A stretch of DNA of 52,285 nt from Verrucomicrobiota bacterium. Lineage in GTDB: Bacteria > Verrucomicrobiota > Verrucomicrobiia > Limisphaerales > Palsa-1400. The notes beneath the pieces were generated by a model. It had not been told where the DNA came from. It was given only the letters and a program-made list of their open reading frames with translations, and did no database searches. The translations under genes were made by a program, and so were the position numbers. Each line of letters begins with the position of its first letter. Position 1 is the stretch's first letter. Location of the stretch: contig JBEKYR010000039.1 in assembly GCA_049510745.1 (NCBI GenBank), positions 1-52,285 on the forward strand, read 5' to 3'. Of the stretch, positions 36,871 to 46,926 are shown one piece after another.

Positions 36871-38043
36871 TCAGCGCAGCCGCCCGACGAATCGCGCCAT
36901 CCGCCCGGTCGCCTCTTCAATTTTATCCAGCGCGGTGGCGAAGCAGCAGCGCAGGTAACCTTCCCCGCTGGGGCCAAAGGCGCTGCCGGGAACGCAGGCC
37001 ACTTTCTCCGCTTCCAGCAGTTGCAAGGCGAATTGTTTTGAATCCAAGCCGGTCGAACGGATGCATGGAAAGGCATAAAACGAACCCCGCGGCAAGTGAC
37101 AGGTCAGGCCCATTTGGTTGAGGGCGTTGACGATGAAATTGCGCCGCACCCGATATTGCTCGCGCATCTCGGCGGTGTCCGCCTCGCCGTGTTGGATGGC
37201 CTCCAGGGCCGCTTCCTGGCTGATGCTGCTGGCGCACAGCATCGCGTACTGGTGAATCCGCATCATCGCTTCGATGATTTCAGCCGGCCCGCAGGCGTAC
37301 CCGATGCGAAAGCCGGTCATGGCGTAGGCCTTGGAAAAGCCGTGCAGGAACAGGGTGCGCTCCTTCATCCCCGGCAGCGAGGCGATGCTCACGTGGCCGC
37401 CTTCGTAGGTCAGCTCGGAATAAATCTCATCGGACATCACCATCAGATTGCGCCGGCGCGCCAGGGCGGCGATCTTCTCCAATTCCGCGCGGCCCATCGT
37501 GCCGCCGGTCGGATTGGTGGGGAAATTCAACACCAGCACCTTGCTCTTGGGCGTGAGGGCGCGTTCAATCGCCTCCGCCGTCACCGCGAAGCCGTCCTCC
37601 GCCCGGCACGAAACGGGCACCGGCACCCCGTGGGCCAGGGCGATGCCAGGCGAGTAGCTGACGTAGCACGGCTCGTGATAAATGACCTCGTCGCCCGGAT
37701 CGATCAGGGCGCGAAAAGCGATGTCCATCGCCTCGCTCACTCCCACGGCGATGAGAATTTCCTTCCGCGGGTCGTAGGCGACATGGAAATGCTTCCCGAC
37801 GCTCTGCGCGATGGCTTCCCGCAATTTGAGCAGGCCGAGGTTCGAGGTGTAAGTGGTCCGGCCCCGTTCCAGCGCGTAAATGGCCGCCTCGCGGATGTGC
37901 CACGGGGTGGCGAAATCCGGTTCGCCCACTCCCAGCGAGATGACGTCCTTCATCCCTTGGACAATGTCGAAAAAATCGCGGATGCCGGAGCGGGGAATGG
38001 CGCGGACGTTTCGGGCGACAAAACTTTCTGGTTGAAATTGCAC
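36871..38043 (-). CDS. PLP-dependent aminotransferase class I/II
   Basis: LGVGEPDF, NFPTNPTG, SDEIY, GFSKAYAMTGFRIGY. Confidence 0.95.
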   Translation of the reverse strand: MQFQPESFVARNVRAIPRSGIRDFFDIVQGMKDVISLGVGEPDFATPWHIREAAIYALERGRTTYTSNLGLLKLREAIAQSVGKHFHVAYDPRKEILIAVGVSEAMDIAFRALIDPGDEVIYHEPCYVSYSPGIALAHGVPVPVSCRAEDGFAVTAEAIERALTPKSKVLVLNFPTNPTGGTMGRAELEKIAALARRRNLMVMSDEIYSELTYEGGHVSIASLPGMKERTLFLHGFSKAYAMTGFRIGYACGPAEIIEAMMRIHQYAMLCASSISQEAALEAIQHGEADTAEMREQYRVRRNFIVNALNQMGLTCHLPRGSFYAFPCIRSTGLDSKQFALQLLEAEKVACVPGSAFGPSGEGYLRCCFATALDKIEEATGRMARFVGRLR

Positions 38044-38086
38044 AAATCCTTCGCTGGCGGGCCGGGACTGCTCCAGCCCGCGTCGT

Positions 38087-39382
38087 TCAGGCGGCCGCCT
38101 GGCTGGTCTTGCGCCGCAGCAGAGGTTTGGTTTCCCCCAGCACGGCGGGGCGGGTCACGGTCACGCCGATGATGTCCTCGTTGGCGGGAATGTCGTACAT
38201 CACGTCCAGCATGAGCTTTTCCAGCAGGCTGCGCAAGGCGCGGGCGCCGGTCCCCTTTTTCATCGCCTGCGCCGCCAGTTCGCGCAGGGCGTCGGGCGTG
38301 AATTCCAGATCGACCCCCTCCATGAAAAGCAGCTTGCTGTATTGTTTGATCAAGGCGTTGCGCGTCTCCGTCAGGATTGAAATCAACTGGTCTTCCGTCA
38401 GTTCTTCCAGCACGGTGACCATCGGGAGCCGGCCCACAAATTCGGGAATGAAGCCAAAGGAAATCAAATCTTCCGGCTCCACCTGTTGCAGCACCTTGTC
38501 GCGCTCGACGCCCGGCGTCTTCTGCCTTTGCTCGGCGGCGCTGAATCCCATGACGCGGTTGCCCAGCCGGCGTTGAATGACTTTTTCCAGCCCGATAAAC
38601 GCCCCGCCGCAGACAAACAAGATGCCGCTGGTGTCCACCCGGATGTACTCCTGTTGCGGATGCTTGCGGCCCCCTTGCGGCGGCACGTTGCAGACTGTTC
38701 CCTCCAGAATCTTCAGCAACGCCTGCTGCACCCCTTCCCCGGAGACATCGCGCGTGATCGAGACGTTCTCGGTCTTGCGCGCAATTTTATCGATCTCGTC
38801 GATATAAACGATCCCCATCTGGGTGCGCTTGACATCGTAGTCGGCGTTCTGCAACAAGCGCAGGATGATGTTCTCGACGTCTTCGCCGACATATCCCGCC
38901 TCCGTCAACGTCGTCGCGTCGGCGATGGCAAAGGGCACGTCCAGCACTTTCGCCAGCGTCCGCGCCAGCAACGTCTTGCCCGACCCCGTCGGGCCGATGA
39001 GCAGGATATTGCTCTTTTCAATCTCGACGTCTTGATGCCGGGCGGCGTCCAACTCGTCGGAGCCGGGGCGGGCGCCCTGGCTGGCGGATTCCTGCGTCAG
39101 CCGCTTGAAATGATTATGCACCGCCACCGCCAGCGTTTTCTTGGCGTGCTCCTGGCCGACACAATGCAGATCGAGGTGCTGCTTCAACTCGCTCGGTTTG
39201 GGCACCGAAATCCGCGGCGCGGTGCGTTTTGTTTCGGCGGACAATTCCTTGTCCAGGATGCTCTTGCACAAGTTGATGCAATTGTCGCAGATATAGACGG
39301 CCGGCCCGGCGATGAGTTTCCTGACTTCCGAGTGGGGTTTCCCACAGAAGCTGCATTGGGTGAAGTTGGAGGGTCGGGCCAT
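38087..39382 (-). CDS. clpX: ATP-dependent Clp protease ATP-binding subunit
   Basis: CSFC Zn finger, [38 protein letters not shown]. Confidence 0.98.
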   Translation of the reverse strand: MARPSNFTQCSFCGKPHSEVRKLIAGPAVYICDNCINLCKSILDKELSAETKRTAPRISVPKPSELKQHLDLHCVGQEHAKKTLAVAVHNHFKRLTQESASQGARPGSDELDAARHQDVEIEKSNILLIGPTGSGKTLLARTLAKVLDVPFAIADATTLTEAGYVGEDVENIILRLLQNADYDVKRTQMGIVYIDEIDKIARKTENVSITRDVSGEGVQQALLKILEGTVCNVPPQGGRKHPQQEYIRVDTSGILFVCGGAFIGLEKVIQRRLGNRVMGFSAAEQRQKTPGVERDKVLQQVEPEDLISFGFIPEFVGRLPMVTVLEELTEDQLISILTETRNALIKQYSKLLFMEGVDLEFTPDALRELAAQAMKKGTGARALRSLLEKLMLDVMYDIPANEDIIGVTVTRPAVLGETKPLLRRKTSQAAA

Positions 39383-39391
39383 GGCGACAAT

Positions 39392-40039
39392 TTAGAGTAG
39401 TTTCTCAGCCGGTTTGCCGTCGATCAAACCCGGAATCTCCTTCCGCGACTGCACCACTTCATCGACCAGTCCGTAAGACTTGGCCTCGTCGGAAGTCATG
39501 AAATTGTCCCGGTCGCAGTCCTTTTCGACCTGTTCGAAGGCGCGGCCGGTGTGTTTGGCGATAATGGAGTTGAGGCGGTGTTTCAAGCGGAGCATGTGTT
39601 TGACGCGGATTTCCACGTCGCTGGCCGGGCCTTCGGCGCCGCCCAGGACCTGGTGGATCATGATATTGGCGTTGGGCAGGGCGAAGCGTTTGCCCTTGGT
39701 CCCGCCGCACAGGAGGACGGCCCCCATGCTCGCCGCCTGGCCGATGCAATAAGTATTCACGTCGCAGGTCAGGAACTGCATCGTGTCGTAAATGGCCAGC
39801 CCGGCCGTCACGCTGCCTCCGGGCGAATTGATATAAAGATGGATGTCCTTTTTCGGATCGGTCATTTGCAAAAAGAGCAATTGGGCGATAATCAAATTGG
39901 CCACCATGTCATCGACCGGCGTGCCGAGGAAGACGATGCGATCGACCAGCAGGCGCGAATAAATATCGTAACCGCGTTCGCCCCGGCCCGTCTGCTCCAC
40001 CACCATCGGCACCAGAAAATTGTTCATAGGTTCTTTCAT
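39392..40039 (-). CDS. clpP: ATP-dependent Clp protease proteolytic subunit
   Basis: [33 protein letters not shown]. Confidence 0.97.
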   Translation of the reverse strand: MKEPMNNFLVPMVVEQTGRGERGYDIYSRLLVDRIVFLGTPVDDMVANLIIAQLLFLQMTDPKKDIHLYINSPGGSVTAGLAIYDTMQFLTCDVNTYCIGQAASMGAVLLCGGTKGKRFALPNANIMIHQVLGGAEGPASDVEIRVKHMLRLKHRLNSIIAKHTGRAFEQVEKDCDRDNFMTSDEAKSYGLVDEVVQSRKEIPGLIDGKPAEKLL

Positions 40040-40156
40040 CGAAAGCTCAGAGGCAAGCTACCGGAAGACGGGCGAGGCGTCAAGCGAACCCCGCGTGTTT
40101 CGGCAATCCCGGGCGCACGTCATATTTTTTGGGTGGCGGTTTCCGGTTCCTTTGAG

Positions 40157-40326
40157 GTAATGCCTCGGTGATGGGGGGGGAAATGCGAAATTGAGCATAC
40201 CCGCATTGAAAGCCGCAATGCGGGTATGCCAGGGTCGATTCTCTCTATTTGTCAAGGAAGATGTGCAGACGGCGAAATGAGAGTTTTTTTAGGCTCCGCT
40301 TTTTCCCACCGTCACTGAGGCATTAC
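40157..40326. mobile_element. 170-bp MITE with IS66-type ends
   Basis: TIRs GTAATGCCTCGGTGA / TCACTGAGGCATTAC (14/15); perfect 8-bp TSD CCTTTGAG at 40149-40156 and 40327-40334; internal 14-bp hairpin 40195-40229. Confidence 0.85.
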
Positions 40327-40455
40327 CCTTTGAGCTTTTTTCCTTCTTGAGTCAGCCATGAAAGTCCTGTATGTTATATTTTTGAAACGGGGGCGAGCCG
40401 TTGAGCGCGCGCCATGCTCAAACCAGAAATAATGACAATCAATAAACCGCCGATT

Positions 40456-41148
40456 ATGAACCAGAAAATCAAAATTCTCCTCACGACCGCAACCGTCGCC
40501 GGCCTGTGGCTGGCGGCGCCCGGAATGCTCAAAGCCCAAGTTTTGCAAACAGTCTCGATTTCCGGAACGATGCTGGCGCAAGGCACCAACACTGACAATA
40601 ACACGACCACCACGACAAAGGCGCCCACCAGAACCACCATCACGACGGCCAGCGTGCTCAAACAGTTGGCCCTGGACGAAAATGCCGCGGGAAACTACGG
40701 CAGCACCAAATTTCCACCCGGCGCCAAGCTGAAATATCTCGCCGGGACCGGGTTCCAGGTCGATAACGGAACCAACGAATTGGTGGACGTTTCCGATATC
40801 TTGTCTTTGGAGGTAAACGGACTGAACGACATCAGTGCGGGCAGTTACTCGGATGCCAATGGCCAGGGAATGCCGCCCTCCAGCCAAACCGATTATCAAC
40901 TGGTCACGATAACGTATGACGCCACCTCGCTTGGCGGCACGACAAAATACTTCGTGACTGGGCTGGCCACGTCCACGACCAGGACCACCAACCCAAGCGC
41001 CAAAGGCAATTACAGCGAAACCGACTCGTTCAGTTTTCAATCCGGCACGGGCGAAGGCATCAATGCCGCCGGCGCCAGCATCGTGATAACGGGATTCACT
41101 ATCAGCGCCAGCGGAAGCGCAGCCCAGAATAACGGCGCGGGAGGCTGA
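40456..41148 (+). CDS. Secreted Thr/Ser/Gly-rich hypothetical protein
   Basis: Signal peptide MNQKIKILLTTATVAGLWLAAPGMLKA; beta-rich body. Confidence 0.8.
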   Translation: MNQKIKILLTTATVAGLWLAAPGMLKAQVLQTVSISGTMLAQGTNTDNNTTTTTKAPTRTTITTASVLKQLALDENAAGNYGSTKFPPGAKLKYLAGTGFQVDNGTNELVDVSDILSLEVNGLNDISAGSYSDANGQGMPPSSQTDYQLVTITYDATSLGGTTKYFVTGLATSTTRTTNPSAKGNYSETDSFSFQSGTGEGINAAGASIVITGFTISASGSAAQNNGAGG

Positions 41149-41166
41149 CCCGCTCCAGGCGCCCAT

Positions 41167-42372
41167 TCATCCCGCCAGCTTTGCGTAGATGCGGCACATC
41201 CGCCCGCCCGCCGCGGCGAGGGAAAACCGGGCCGCCACTTTTTCGTGCAACTCCCGGCGCCGCGCCAGGTTCCAGCGTTCTTGCCGCGCCCAGCGCAACA
41301 TGGCTTCGGCCAGCTTCTCCACGGAGGCGGGCGGGATGAGCGAGGCGCTTTCAGCATCGACCAGCGCCTCGGGAATCCCGTCCAAATCCGAAGTGATCAC
41401 AGGCCGGCCGCATGCCAAGGCTTCGCAGATGACCAACCCGAAGGCCTCGGTGCCGACGGCCGGGTGGACCAGGCAGTCGATGGCATTCATGGCCTGGGGC
41501 ATGTCCGGGCAATAGGGGGTCAGCCAGGCTTTTCCCGCCAGGCCCAGGTTGGCGATGTCCTCCTGCAAAGTTTCGGCCAGGCTGCCGCGGCCGATGAGGA
41601 GAAAGCGGGCGTTGGGACACTGCTGGTGAATGCGGGCGGCGGCGAGCAAAAAATCCCGCTGCCCTTTGCCGCGAGGCTTGTCATAAGCGCCGGCCACCGC
41701 GAACACAAAATGCTCCGGCCCTACCTTCCACTGCGCCCGCAACGCCGCGCTTTCCATCGGGCGGAATTGCCCGGTGTCGATCCCCCCGTGAGCGGTGAAG
41801 ATTTTCGACTTGTCGCCCCGCATGGGCGGACGGGAGCGGCGCTCGGGATCGGGCGAAGCCGGTTCATAAGCGCCCTGGCGCAAGAGGTTGGCCACAAATT
41901 CCGAGACGGCGACGACGGCGTCGCAACGGGAGAGGAGAAATTGGCGGCTCATCCAGGAACCCGGACTCTTGGCCAGGTGGCGGCTGAGGACAATTTTGGC
42001 GGGCTGGCCGGAAAGCCAGACGGCAAAGATCGCCGGCCAATAATCGCGCCCATGATGGGCGTGAACAAACTGGGGTCGTTGGCGGCGAATGCATCGCGCG
42101 ACGTGCAGAATAAAACGGGATTTGCTGTTCCGAAGCGCGGGAGGGCAGAACAACCCCGCTTCCGCCAGCGCGGGGTCGAAAACCGAGCCGCCGGGGCCGG
42201 CCACCCAGACTTGGTGTCCCATCGCGCGCAACACCTGGACCAGGCGGACACAGTATTCATCGGTCCCGCCGCCGGTCAGAACCGAATTGACGTGGAGGAT
42301 GCGAAAGGGACGCGGGGGCGGCGCACCCGGCGCGAGGGCGGTCACGGCGGGGGCGTCTGTTGCAACTCCCAT
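41167..42372 (-). CDS. Glycosyltransferase family 4
   Basis: ILHV....GG.E, KGQ..FL.A, EAFGLVICEALACGRPVI; real start likely slightly downstream. Confidence 0.92.
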   Translation of the reverse strand: MGVATDAPAVTALAPGAPPPRPFRILHVNSVLTGGGTDEYCVRLVQVLRAMGHQVWVAGPGGSVFDPALAEAGLFCPPALRNSKSRFILHVARCIRRQRPQFVHAHHGRDYWPAIFAVWLSGQPAKIVLSRHLAKSPGSWMSRQFLLSRCDAVVAVSEFVANLLRQGAYEPASPDPERRSRPPMRGDKSKIFTAHGGIDTGQFRPMESAALRAQWKVGPEHFVFAVAGAYDKPRGKGQRDFLLAAARIHQQCPNARFLLIGRGSLAETLQEDIANLGLAGKAWLTPYCPDMPQAMNAIDCLVHPAVGTEAFGLVICEALACGRPVITSDLDGIPEALVDAESASLIPPASVEKLAEAMLRWARQERWNLARRRELHEKVAARFSLAAAGGRMCRIYAKLAG

Positions 42373-43106
42373 AATTTGGCGTATTTGAGGTAAGTGGCGA
42401 AGGCCCGCTCCCAGGCCAGCGCCACGCCGAGGGTTCCGCGGCGGAAGCCGCCTTGCAAGAGGTAGGCATTGAGAAACGCGCCCGCCGTGCGGCCGAGCAA
42501 TCCGGCCGCCCCAATCCGCCGCCCTTCCCTGGCCAGCGCCTGGGCCGAGAGGGTCGAATACTTGTTATCCTTGGCGATGCGGGATTCCCAGGTGTCGAAG
42601 ACAAGGTGCGACAGGAAGGCATCTCCGTAAACGGGCAGCGCCAGGATGTCGCCGTCCACATCCGGGGCGCGGTGGATGCGGTCGGAGTAACGCACCCGCT
42701 CGCGCCGCACCAGGCGCAGTTGGGCATCGGGGAACCAGCCGCAGCAGGTCAGCCATCGGCCGCGATAAAAATTGCGGCGCGGGATGCGAACGCCGGCGGC
42801 GCGGGTGGCCTCAAGGTGAGCGGCCATCCAGGCGACCAAGCCGGGAGACACGCGCTCATCGGCATCGACCACCAGCACCCAGGAATGGCGGGCCTGGGCC
42901 AGGGCGAAATTGCGGGCCGGTTCGACGAAGGCGGCGCGCGGGCACACCGCCACCCGGCAGCCAAACTGCGCGGCGATGGCGGCCGTGCGATCTTCGCTGT
43001 GCATGTCGGCGACGACGATGTCGTCGGAAAAGCGCAAGGATTCCAGGCAGCCGGGGAGGCGGGCTTCCTCGTTCAACGTATTGATCACGACGGAGACAGG
43101 TGTCAT
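42342..43106 (-). CDS. Glycosyltransferase family 2 (WaaE/KdtX-like)
   Basis: VSVVINTLNEE, D..SEDRT, ARNFAL, WVLVVDADE, WFPD. Confidence 0.9.
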   Translation of the reverse strand: MTPVSVVINTLNEEARLPGCLESLRFSDDIVVADMHSEDRTAAIAAQFGCRVAVCPRAAFVEPARNFALAQARHSWVLVVDADERVSPGLVAWMAAHLEATRAAGVRIPRRNFYRGRWLTCCGWFPDAQLRLVRRERVRYSDRIHRAPDVDGDILALPVYGDAFLSHLVFDTWESRIAKDNKYSTLSAQALAREGRRIGAAGLLGRTAGAFLNAYLLQGGFRRGTLGVALAWERAFATYLKYAKLWELQQTPPP

Positions 43107-43196
43107 TTGAGGCAGGCAATCTAAGGAGTCGCCCGCCAATGGAACAGCCTAAAATCAGAGCTTGCCCAACCTGGCCGGAGCGGCTATGGGGTGATT

Positions 43197-43346
43197 ATGG
43201 TCATTGAGTCCATCCGCGAGTTCAACCGGGCGGCGCCGTTGGAGCCAGACGAGATTCGCATGGCCGGCGGTAAACGCCAACCGGCGCCGCAGCGGGATTT
43301 TATCCCGGTCTCTCGCAAAGGCTCGATTGTCATGCGTTCGCCATGA
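43197..43346 (+). pseudogene. Degenerate/truncated small hypothetical gene
   Basis: MVIESIREFNRAAPLEPDEIRMAGGKRQPAPQRDFI... recalls small PVC-type proteins with a PF.P..I....G....V.HPD pattern, here eroded. Confidence 0.3.
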
Positions 43347-43443
43347 AATTCCCGGAACATTCCCAAAGTTTCAATCACACGGCCGCACCCGGTTTGTTGC
43401 CTGACCGTGACCGCTTCGCGGCTGTGCGGTAATTTACTTGACT

Positions 43444-44247
43444 ATGAGCGCTCGAAGAATTGCACGGTTTTGGACTTCCCTGCGCGAAAGCGCCGCCTAT
43501 TGGTTGGGAGGAAAGGATAATCTCGTGCCTCCTCGAAGGCTTATTGACGGCGTGGGCGGAGGCGACTTTACAGCGGTGGGCCGCGAGTTTTTCCGCTACT
43601 TCACCGACATCGGCGGAATGAAGCCCGACCACCGCGTGTTGGACGTGGGCTGCGGCTGCGGCCGGATGGCGGTGCCGCTGATTCCTTTTTTGTCAGGCGT
43701 TGGCGAGTACCACGGCTTCGACATCGTGCCCGACGCCATCAAATGGAGTCAAAGACACATCGCCCGCAAGTATCCGCGATTCCGCTTTGAATTGGCCGAT
43801 ATTTACAACAAACTCTACAACAATGAGGGCAAGATCAAGTCAAGCGAGTATCGTTTTGCTTACGCGGACAACTTCTTTGACTTCACGTTTCTCACGTCGG
43901 TTTTCACCCACATGCTCGCCGGCGACATGGAACATTATTTGTCGGAGATCGCGCGCACTCTCAAACCGGGCGGCAAGTGCATGATTAATTACTTTCTCTT
44001 GAACCCCGAATCAAAGGCCCTGATGGAGCAAGGGGCGAGCAGCATCCAATTCAAGCACGCGTTGCCTGACTGCGTGACCAGCGACAAGAAGACGCCCGAA
44101 GCGGCGGTCGCGTTCGAGGAATCTTTCGTCCGGCAATGCTTTGCGAAATATCGGCTGAATCTGATCGAACCTATCCACTTCGGCGGCTGGCCCGGCAGGA
44201 AACAACAACTGAGCTACCAAGATATCATCCTGGCGGTGAAAGGGTGA
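43444..44247 (+). CDS. Class I SAM-dependent methyltransferase
   Basis: VLDVGCGCGRMA, FDF..LTSVFTHM, LKPGG. Confidence 0.92.
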   Translation: MSARRIARFWTSLRESAAYWLGGKDNLVPPRRLIDGVGGGDFTAVGREFFRYFTDIGGMKPDHRVLDVGCGCGRMAVPLIPFLSGVGEYHGFDIVPDAIKWSQRHIARKYPRFRFELADIYNKLYNNEGKIKSSEYRFAYADNFFDFTFLTSVFTHMLAGDMEHYLSEIARTLKPGGKCMINYFLLNPESKALMEQGASSIQFKHALPDCVTSDKKTPEAAVAFEESFVRQCFAKYRLNLIEPIHFGGWPGRKQQLSYQDIILAVKG

Positions 44248-44260
44248 GTTTACTCTGACT

Positions 44261-44378
44261 TTTCCGGGAGTGGCGGTCTGTGACGGCCTTCAGGGGTCAC
44301 CCATCAGCATCTTGGGGTTCGCGCAAGAATAACCGCCGGTTGAGAGGTGTTATCCTCACATAAGGAGGCCCGCGAAAC
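44261..44378 (+). ncRNA. Structured non-coding region, possibly an orphan IS110-type non-coding end
   Basis: GGCGGT/ACCGCC outer stem enclosing GTGAC/GTCAC and TCTTG/CAAGA hairpins; GAGG/CCTC hairpin; TAAGGAGG RBS with no ORF following. Confidence 0.35.
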
Positions 44379-44450
44379 ATTGGCCGCACAGGTGCATCTC
44401 ACTTTTTTGGGTGCTGCTGTGTCGTGGACTGGATTTCAGCGATTGAAACG

Positions 44451-44929
44451 ATTGAGAATGGGTCATTGAGAATTTGTCATTTGTCATGTAAACACCTTCG
44501 GTATGACGCCCCAGCAACTCTCAGAGCGATTGTGGCACTTTGCGGCCCGCATCGCCAAGGTGGTGGACGCGCTCCCGGAGAGCCGTGTGGGCCGGCACGT
44601 CGCCGGCCAGATCGTCCGCAGCGGGATGGCGGCGGCGCCAAACTACGATGAAGCCCGTTCCGGGGAGAGCCGCGCGGATTTCGTTCACAAGGTCAATGGG
44701 GCGCTGAAGGAGTGGGTCGAAACCCGTGGTTGGCTCAAATTCATCATTTTGGCCGGGTTGCTTCCGGCCAAGCGGGTGGCCGTCCTGGTGGAGGAGTGCG
44801 ACCAGCTTTGCCGCATCTTGGGAAAGTCCATTGCGACGGCCAAAGCCGGCAGAAGACAGTTGCCCGGCGACGTTCTGGAGAGGGGTCTTGCGATAACCGA
44901 TGACAAATTCTCAATGACCAATTCTCAAT
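44451..44929. repeat. Inner 30-bp inverted repeat built from heptamers, bracketing the four-helix-bundle ORF
   Basis: 44451-44480 ATTGAGAATGGGTCATTGAGAATTTGTCAT vs 44900-44929 ATGACAAATTCTCAATGACCAATTCTCAAT, 29/30. Confidence 0.9.
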
Positions 44930-44949
44930 TGAAAGGTCCGAAATCTTAA
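44503..44949 (+). CDS. Four-helix-bundle protein (23S rRNA intervening-sequence protein family)
   Basis: LSERL..FA.RI...LP....GRHVAGQIVRSG.....NYDEA...ESRADFVHK...ALKE..ET..WL. Confidence 0.9.
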   Translation: MTPQQLSERLWHFAARIAKVVDALPESRVGRHVAGQIVRSGMAAAPNYDEARSGESRADFVHKVNGALKEWVETRGWLKFIILAGLLPAKRVAVLVEECDQLCRILGKSIATAKAGRRQLPGDVLERGLAITDDKFSMTNSQLKGPKS

Positions 44950-45067
44950 AGCGTTTCTTCGCCGACAAGAGTCACCCAAAAAAGTGAAATGCACCCTGGC
45001 CGCACAGGGAAGGGACCTGGTAGTTGACCGTCTGCGGCGGGGCTGGCATTCTGGGGCCATTATCACG

Positions 45068-45961
45068 TTGCCAACCAAGAGCATAACGGCTGGGGTCAAA
45101 GGCGTCGCGCCCATTCCGGAGGGTTCCAGGCCGGCGGAGCGCGTGGCGGTTGTTTTGCCCGTGTTCAACCAGTTGGAATATACCCGCGGCTGCGTGGATA
45201 GTCTGGCGCCGGACATCGCGGGCGGGGTGGAGTTGATCGTTGTCAACAATGGTTCGACCGATGGCACGGAGGCGTATTTGTCGTCGCTCCGTGGCGCGAA
45301 GGTCGCGCGGAACGAGAGCAACCTGGGCTGCGCCAAGGCGTGGAACCAGGGGGTGCATCTGTCCACGCGGGAATGGACGGTAATCCTGAACAATGATGTG
45401 GTCGTGGCGCCCGGATGGCTGGAGGCGCTGGTCGGGTTTGCCGGCGAGACGGGCGCCGAGATTGTCGCGCCGGCCCTGCGCGAAGGGCCGCTGAATTACC
45501 CGTTCCAGGAGTACGCGGCGGACTTCATGCGGCGGATGCGCGGAGTGCAGCGATGGGGCGAGGCGCACGGGATTTGTTTCATGGTGCATCGGCGGGTGTT
45601 CGAGGCGGTGGGGGGCTTCGACGAGAATTTTCGGATCGGGCAGTTTGAAGACGCGGATTTTTTCCGGCGGGCCAGACTGGCGGGGGTCAAAATGGCGATG
45701 ACGGGCGGCGCTTTTCTGCATCATTTCGGATCGGTCACACAAAACGCGATCCGGGAAGGTCCGCCGTCGGCGGGCGAGCGCGCGTATTACGCGGAAAACC
45801 GCGCCTACTACCTGCGCAAATGGGGTCTCAACCGGTTGCAGCGGATGGGGCAACGATGGCAGAGGAGAAGCAGGAACTGGCGCCAACGCACCGCCGAGCG
45901 CCTGCGCCACGGCCATTCGTTGCACGAGAAATGGATCGGCGGGCGGGTCCGGTATTTTTGA
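45068..45961 (+). CDS. Glycosyltransferase family 2
   Basis: VVLPVFNQ, VNNGSTDGT, NLG.AKAWNQG, LNND, GGFDE.F...EDAD; start uncertain, the 44984 start lies inside a TIR. Confidence 0.88.
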   Translation: MPTKSITAGVKGVAPIPEGSRPAERVAVVLPVFNQLEYTRGCVDSLAPDIAGGVELIVVNNGSTDGTEAYLSSLRGAKVARNESNLGCAKAWNQGVHLSTREWTVILNNDVVVAPGWLEALVGFAGETGAEIVAPALREGPLNYPFQEYAADFMRRMRGVQRWGEAHGICFMVHRRVFEAVGGFDENFRIGQFEDADFFRRARLAGVKMAMTGGAFLHHFGSVTQNAIREGPPSAGERAYYAENRAYYLRKWGLNRLQRMGQRWQRRSRNWRQRTAERLRHGHSLHEKWIGGRVRYF

Positions 45962-46032
45962 GTCGCACCGCCCGAATCCGGGCGGATTATATTGAGCTTT
46001 ACAGGTTCCGAAGCCAGGGAAACGGTCGTCCG

Positions 46033-46767
46033 TCATGCCTTCGTGAAACATAACATCTGCTGATGCCGCGGATGCCCCCAGTCGCCTATAAATTTCACCG
46101 ACAAGCCGGCAAACCGCGCCAGCATTTCCATTTCCGGCAATGAATAATGGAAGGGGTCGCGGTCGAAATGGGTGACGATCCCTCCGGGTTCGCGGGGAAT
46201 GGATTCCAAATGGAGCGGGGCCGGGGCCGGGAAGAAGGTCGCAAAAAATTTGCCCCGCGGCGCCAAAACTCTTTTTACCTCGACCAGGCAGCGCCCGACG
46301 TGATTGGCATAAAGATGGGTGAAAACCGAAGCGGCCAGCGCGTAGTCAAATTGGATTCCGAACTGAGCGAGGTCGAAACGGTCGGTAACCCGCAAGTCGG
46401 GCTGCTTGTCGATGTTCCCGGCGCTTTTGAAAAGCTCCTTCTTTCCGGCCTCGATGAGCGAAGCGTTGATATCAATCCCGTAATAATGACGCTTTTCAAG
46501 GTAGGGCACAAAATAGACGCCGCCTCGCAGACAGCCGCAGCCGATGTCCATCAGCCGATGGTTCGGCGCCAGGCCCTGAGACTTCAAGAAGTCAAACTGC
46601 TGGGAACCGATTTCGTCCCACATCCCGCCCACAAACTGGCGATGCTCGCCGGAGTCGATCTCGGCGGAGGTCAACTGACGCCCGTATTGGTTTTCGGCCT
46701 GATCCCCCTTCTTGTTTTCAGGCGGCCGGCTCCAGCCCGGCAGCTTTTTAAAAAGCGGTTTAAGCAT
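46033..46767 (-). CDS. Class I SAM-dependent methyltransferase
   Basis: LMDIGCGCLRGG, YYGIDIN, FDYALA.SVFTHL. Confidence 0.9.
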   Translation of the reverse strand: MLKPLFKKLPGWSRPPENKKGDQAENQYGRQLTSAEIDSGEHRQFVGGMWDEIGSQQFDFLKSQGLAPNHRLMDIGCGCLRGGVYFVPYLEKRHYYGIDINASLIEAGKKELFKSAGNIDKQPDLRVTDRFDLAQFGIQFDYALAASVFTHLYANHVGRCLVEVKRVLAPRGKFFATFFPAPAPLHLESIPREPGGIVTHFDRDPFHYSLPEMEMLARFAGLSVKFIGDWGHPRHQQMLCFTKA

Positions 46768-46926
46768 AACTTGGTTTCCACATTGAGGGTGGCAGTTTAT
46801 TTGCTCGCGTCAAGCGGGGAGGCTGGCAATACTCATCGGCTTGAAACACAAATGTGTGGTTGGCTGTGCGGAATCAAACTGGTTGGCGCCAAAGGCGGTC
46901 TTTTTGGCGCCGCGGTTTGAAACGCC

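Larger units (their letters stand above)
44390..44996. mobile_element. Non-autonomous TIR cassette carrying a four-helix-bundle gene
   Basis: TIRs GGTGCATCTCACTTTTTTGGGTG (44391-44413) / CACCCAAAAAAGTGAAATGCACC (44973-44995), 22/23; direct repeat TGGCCGCAC(A) at 44381 and 44997. Confidence 0.85.

Noticed and set aside
44503..44949. DGR accessory gene avd
   Set aside because: No reverse transcriptase or adenine-specific TR/VR pair recognised in the window.
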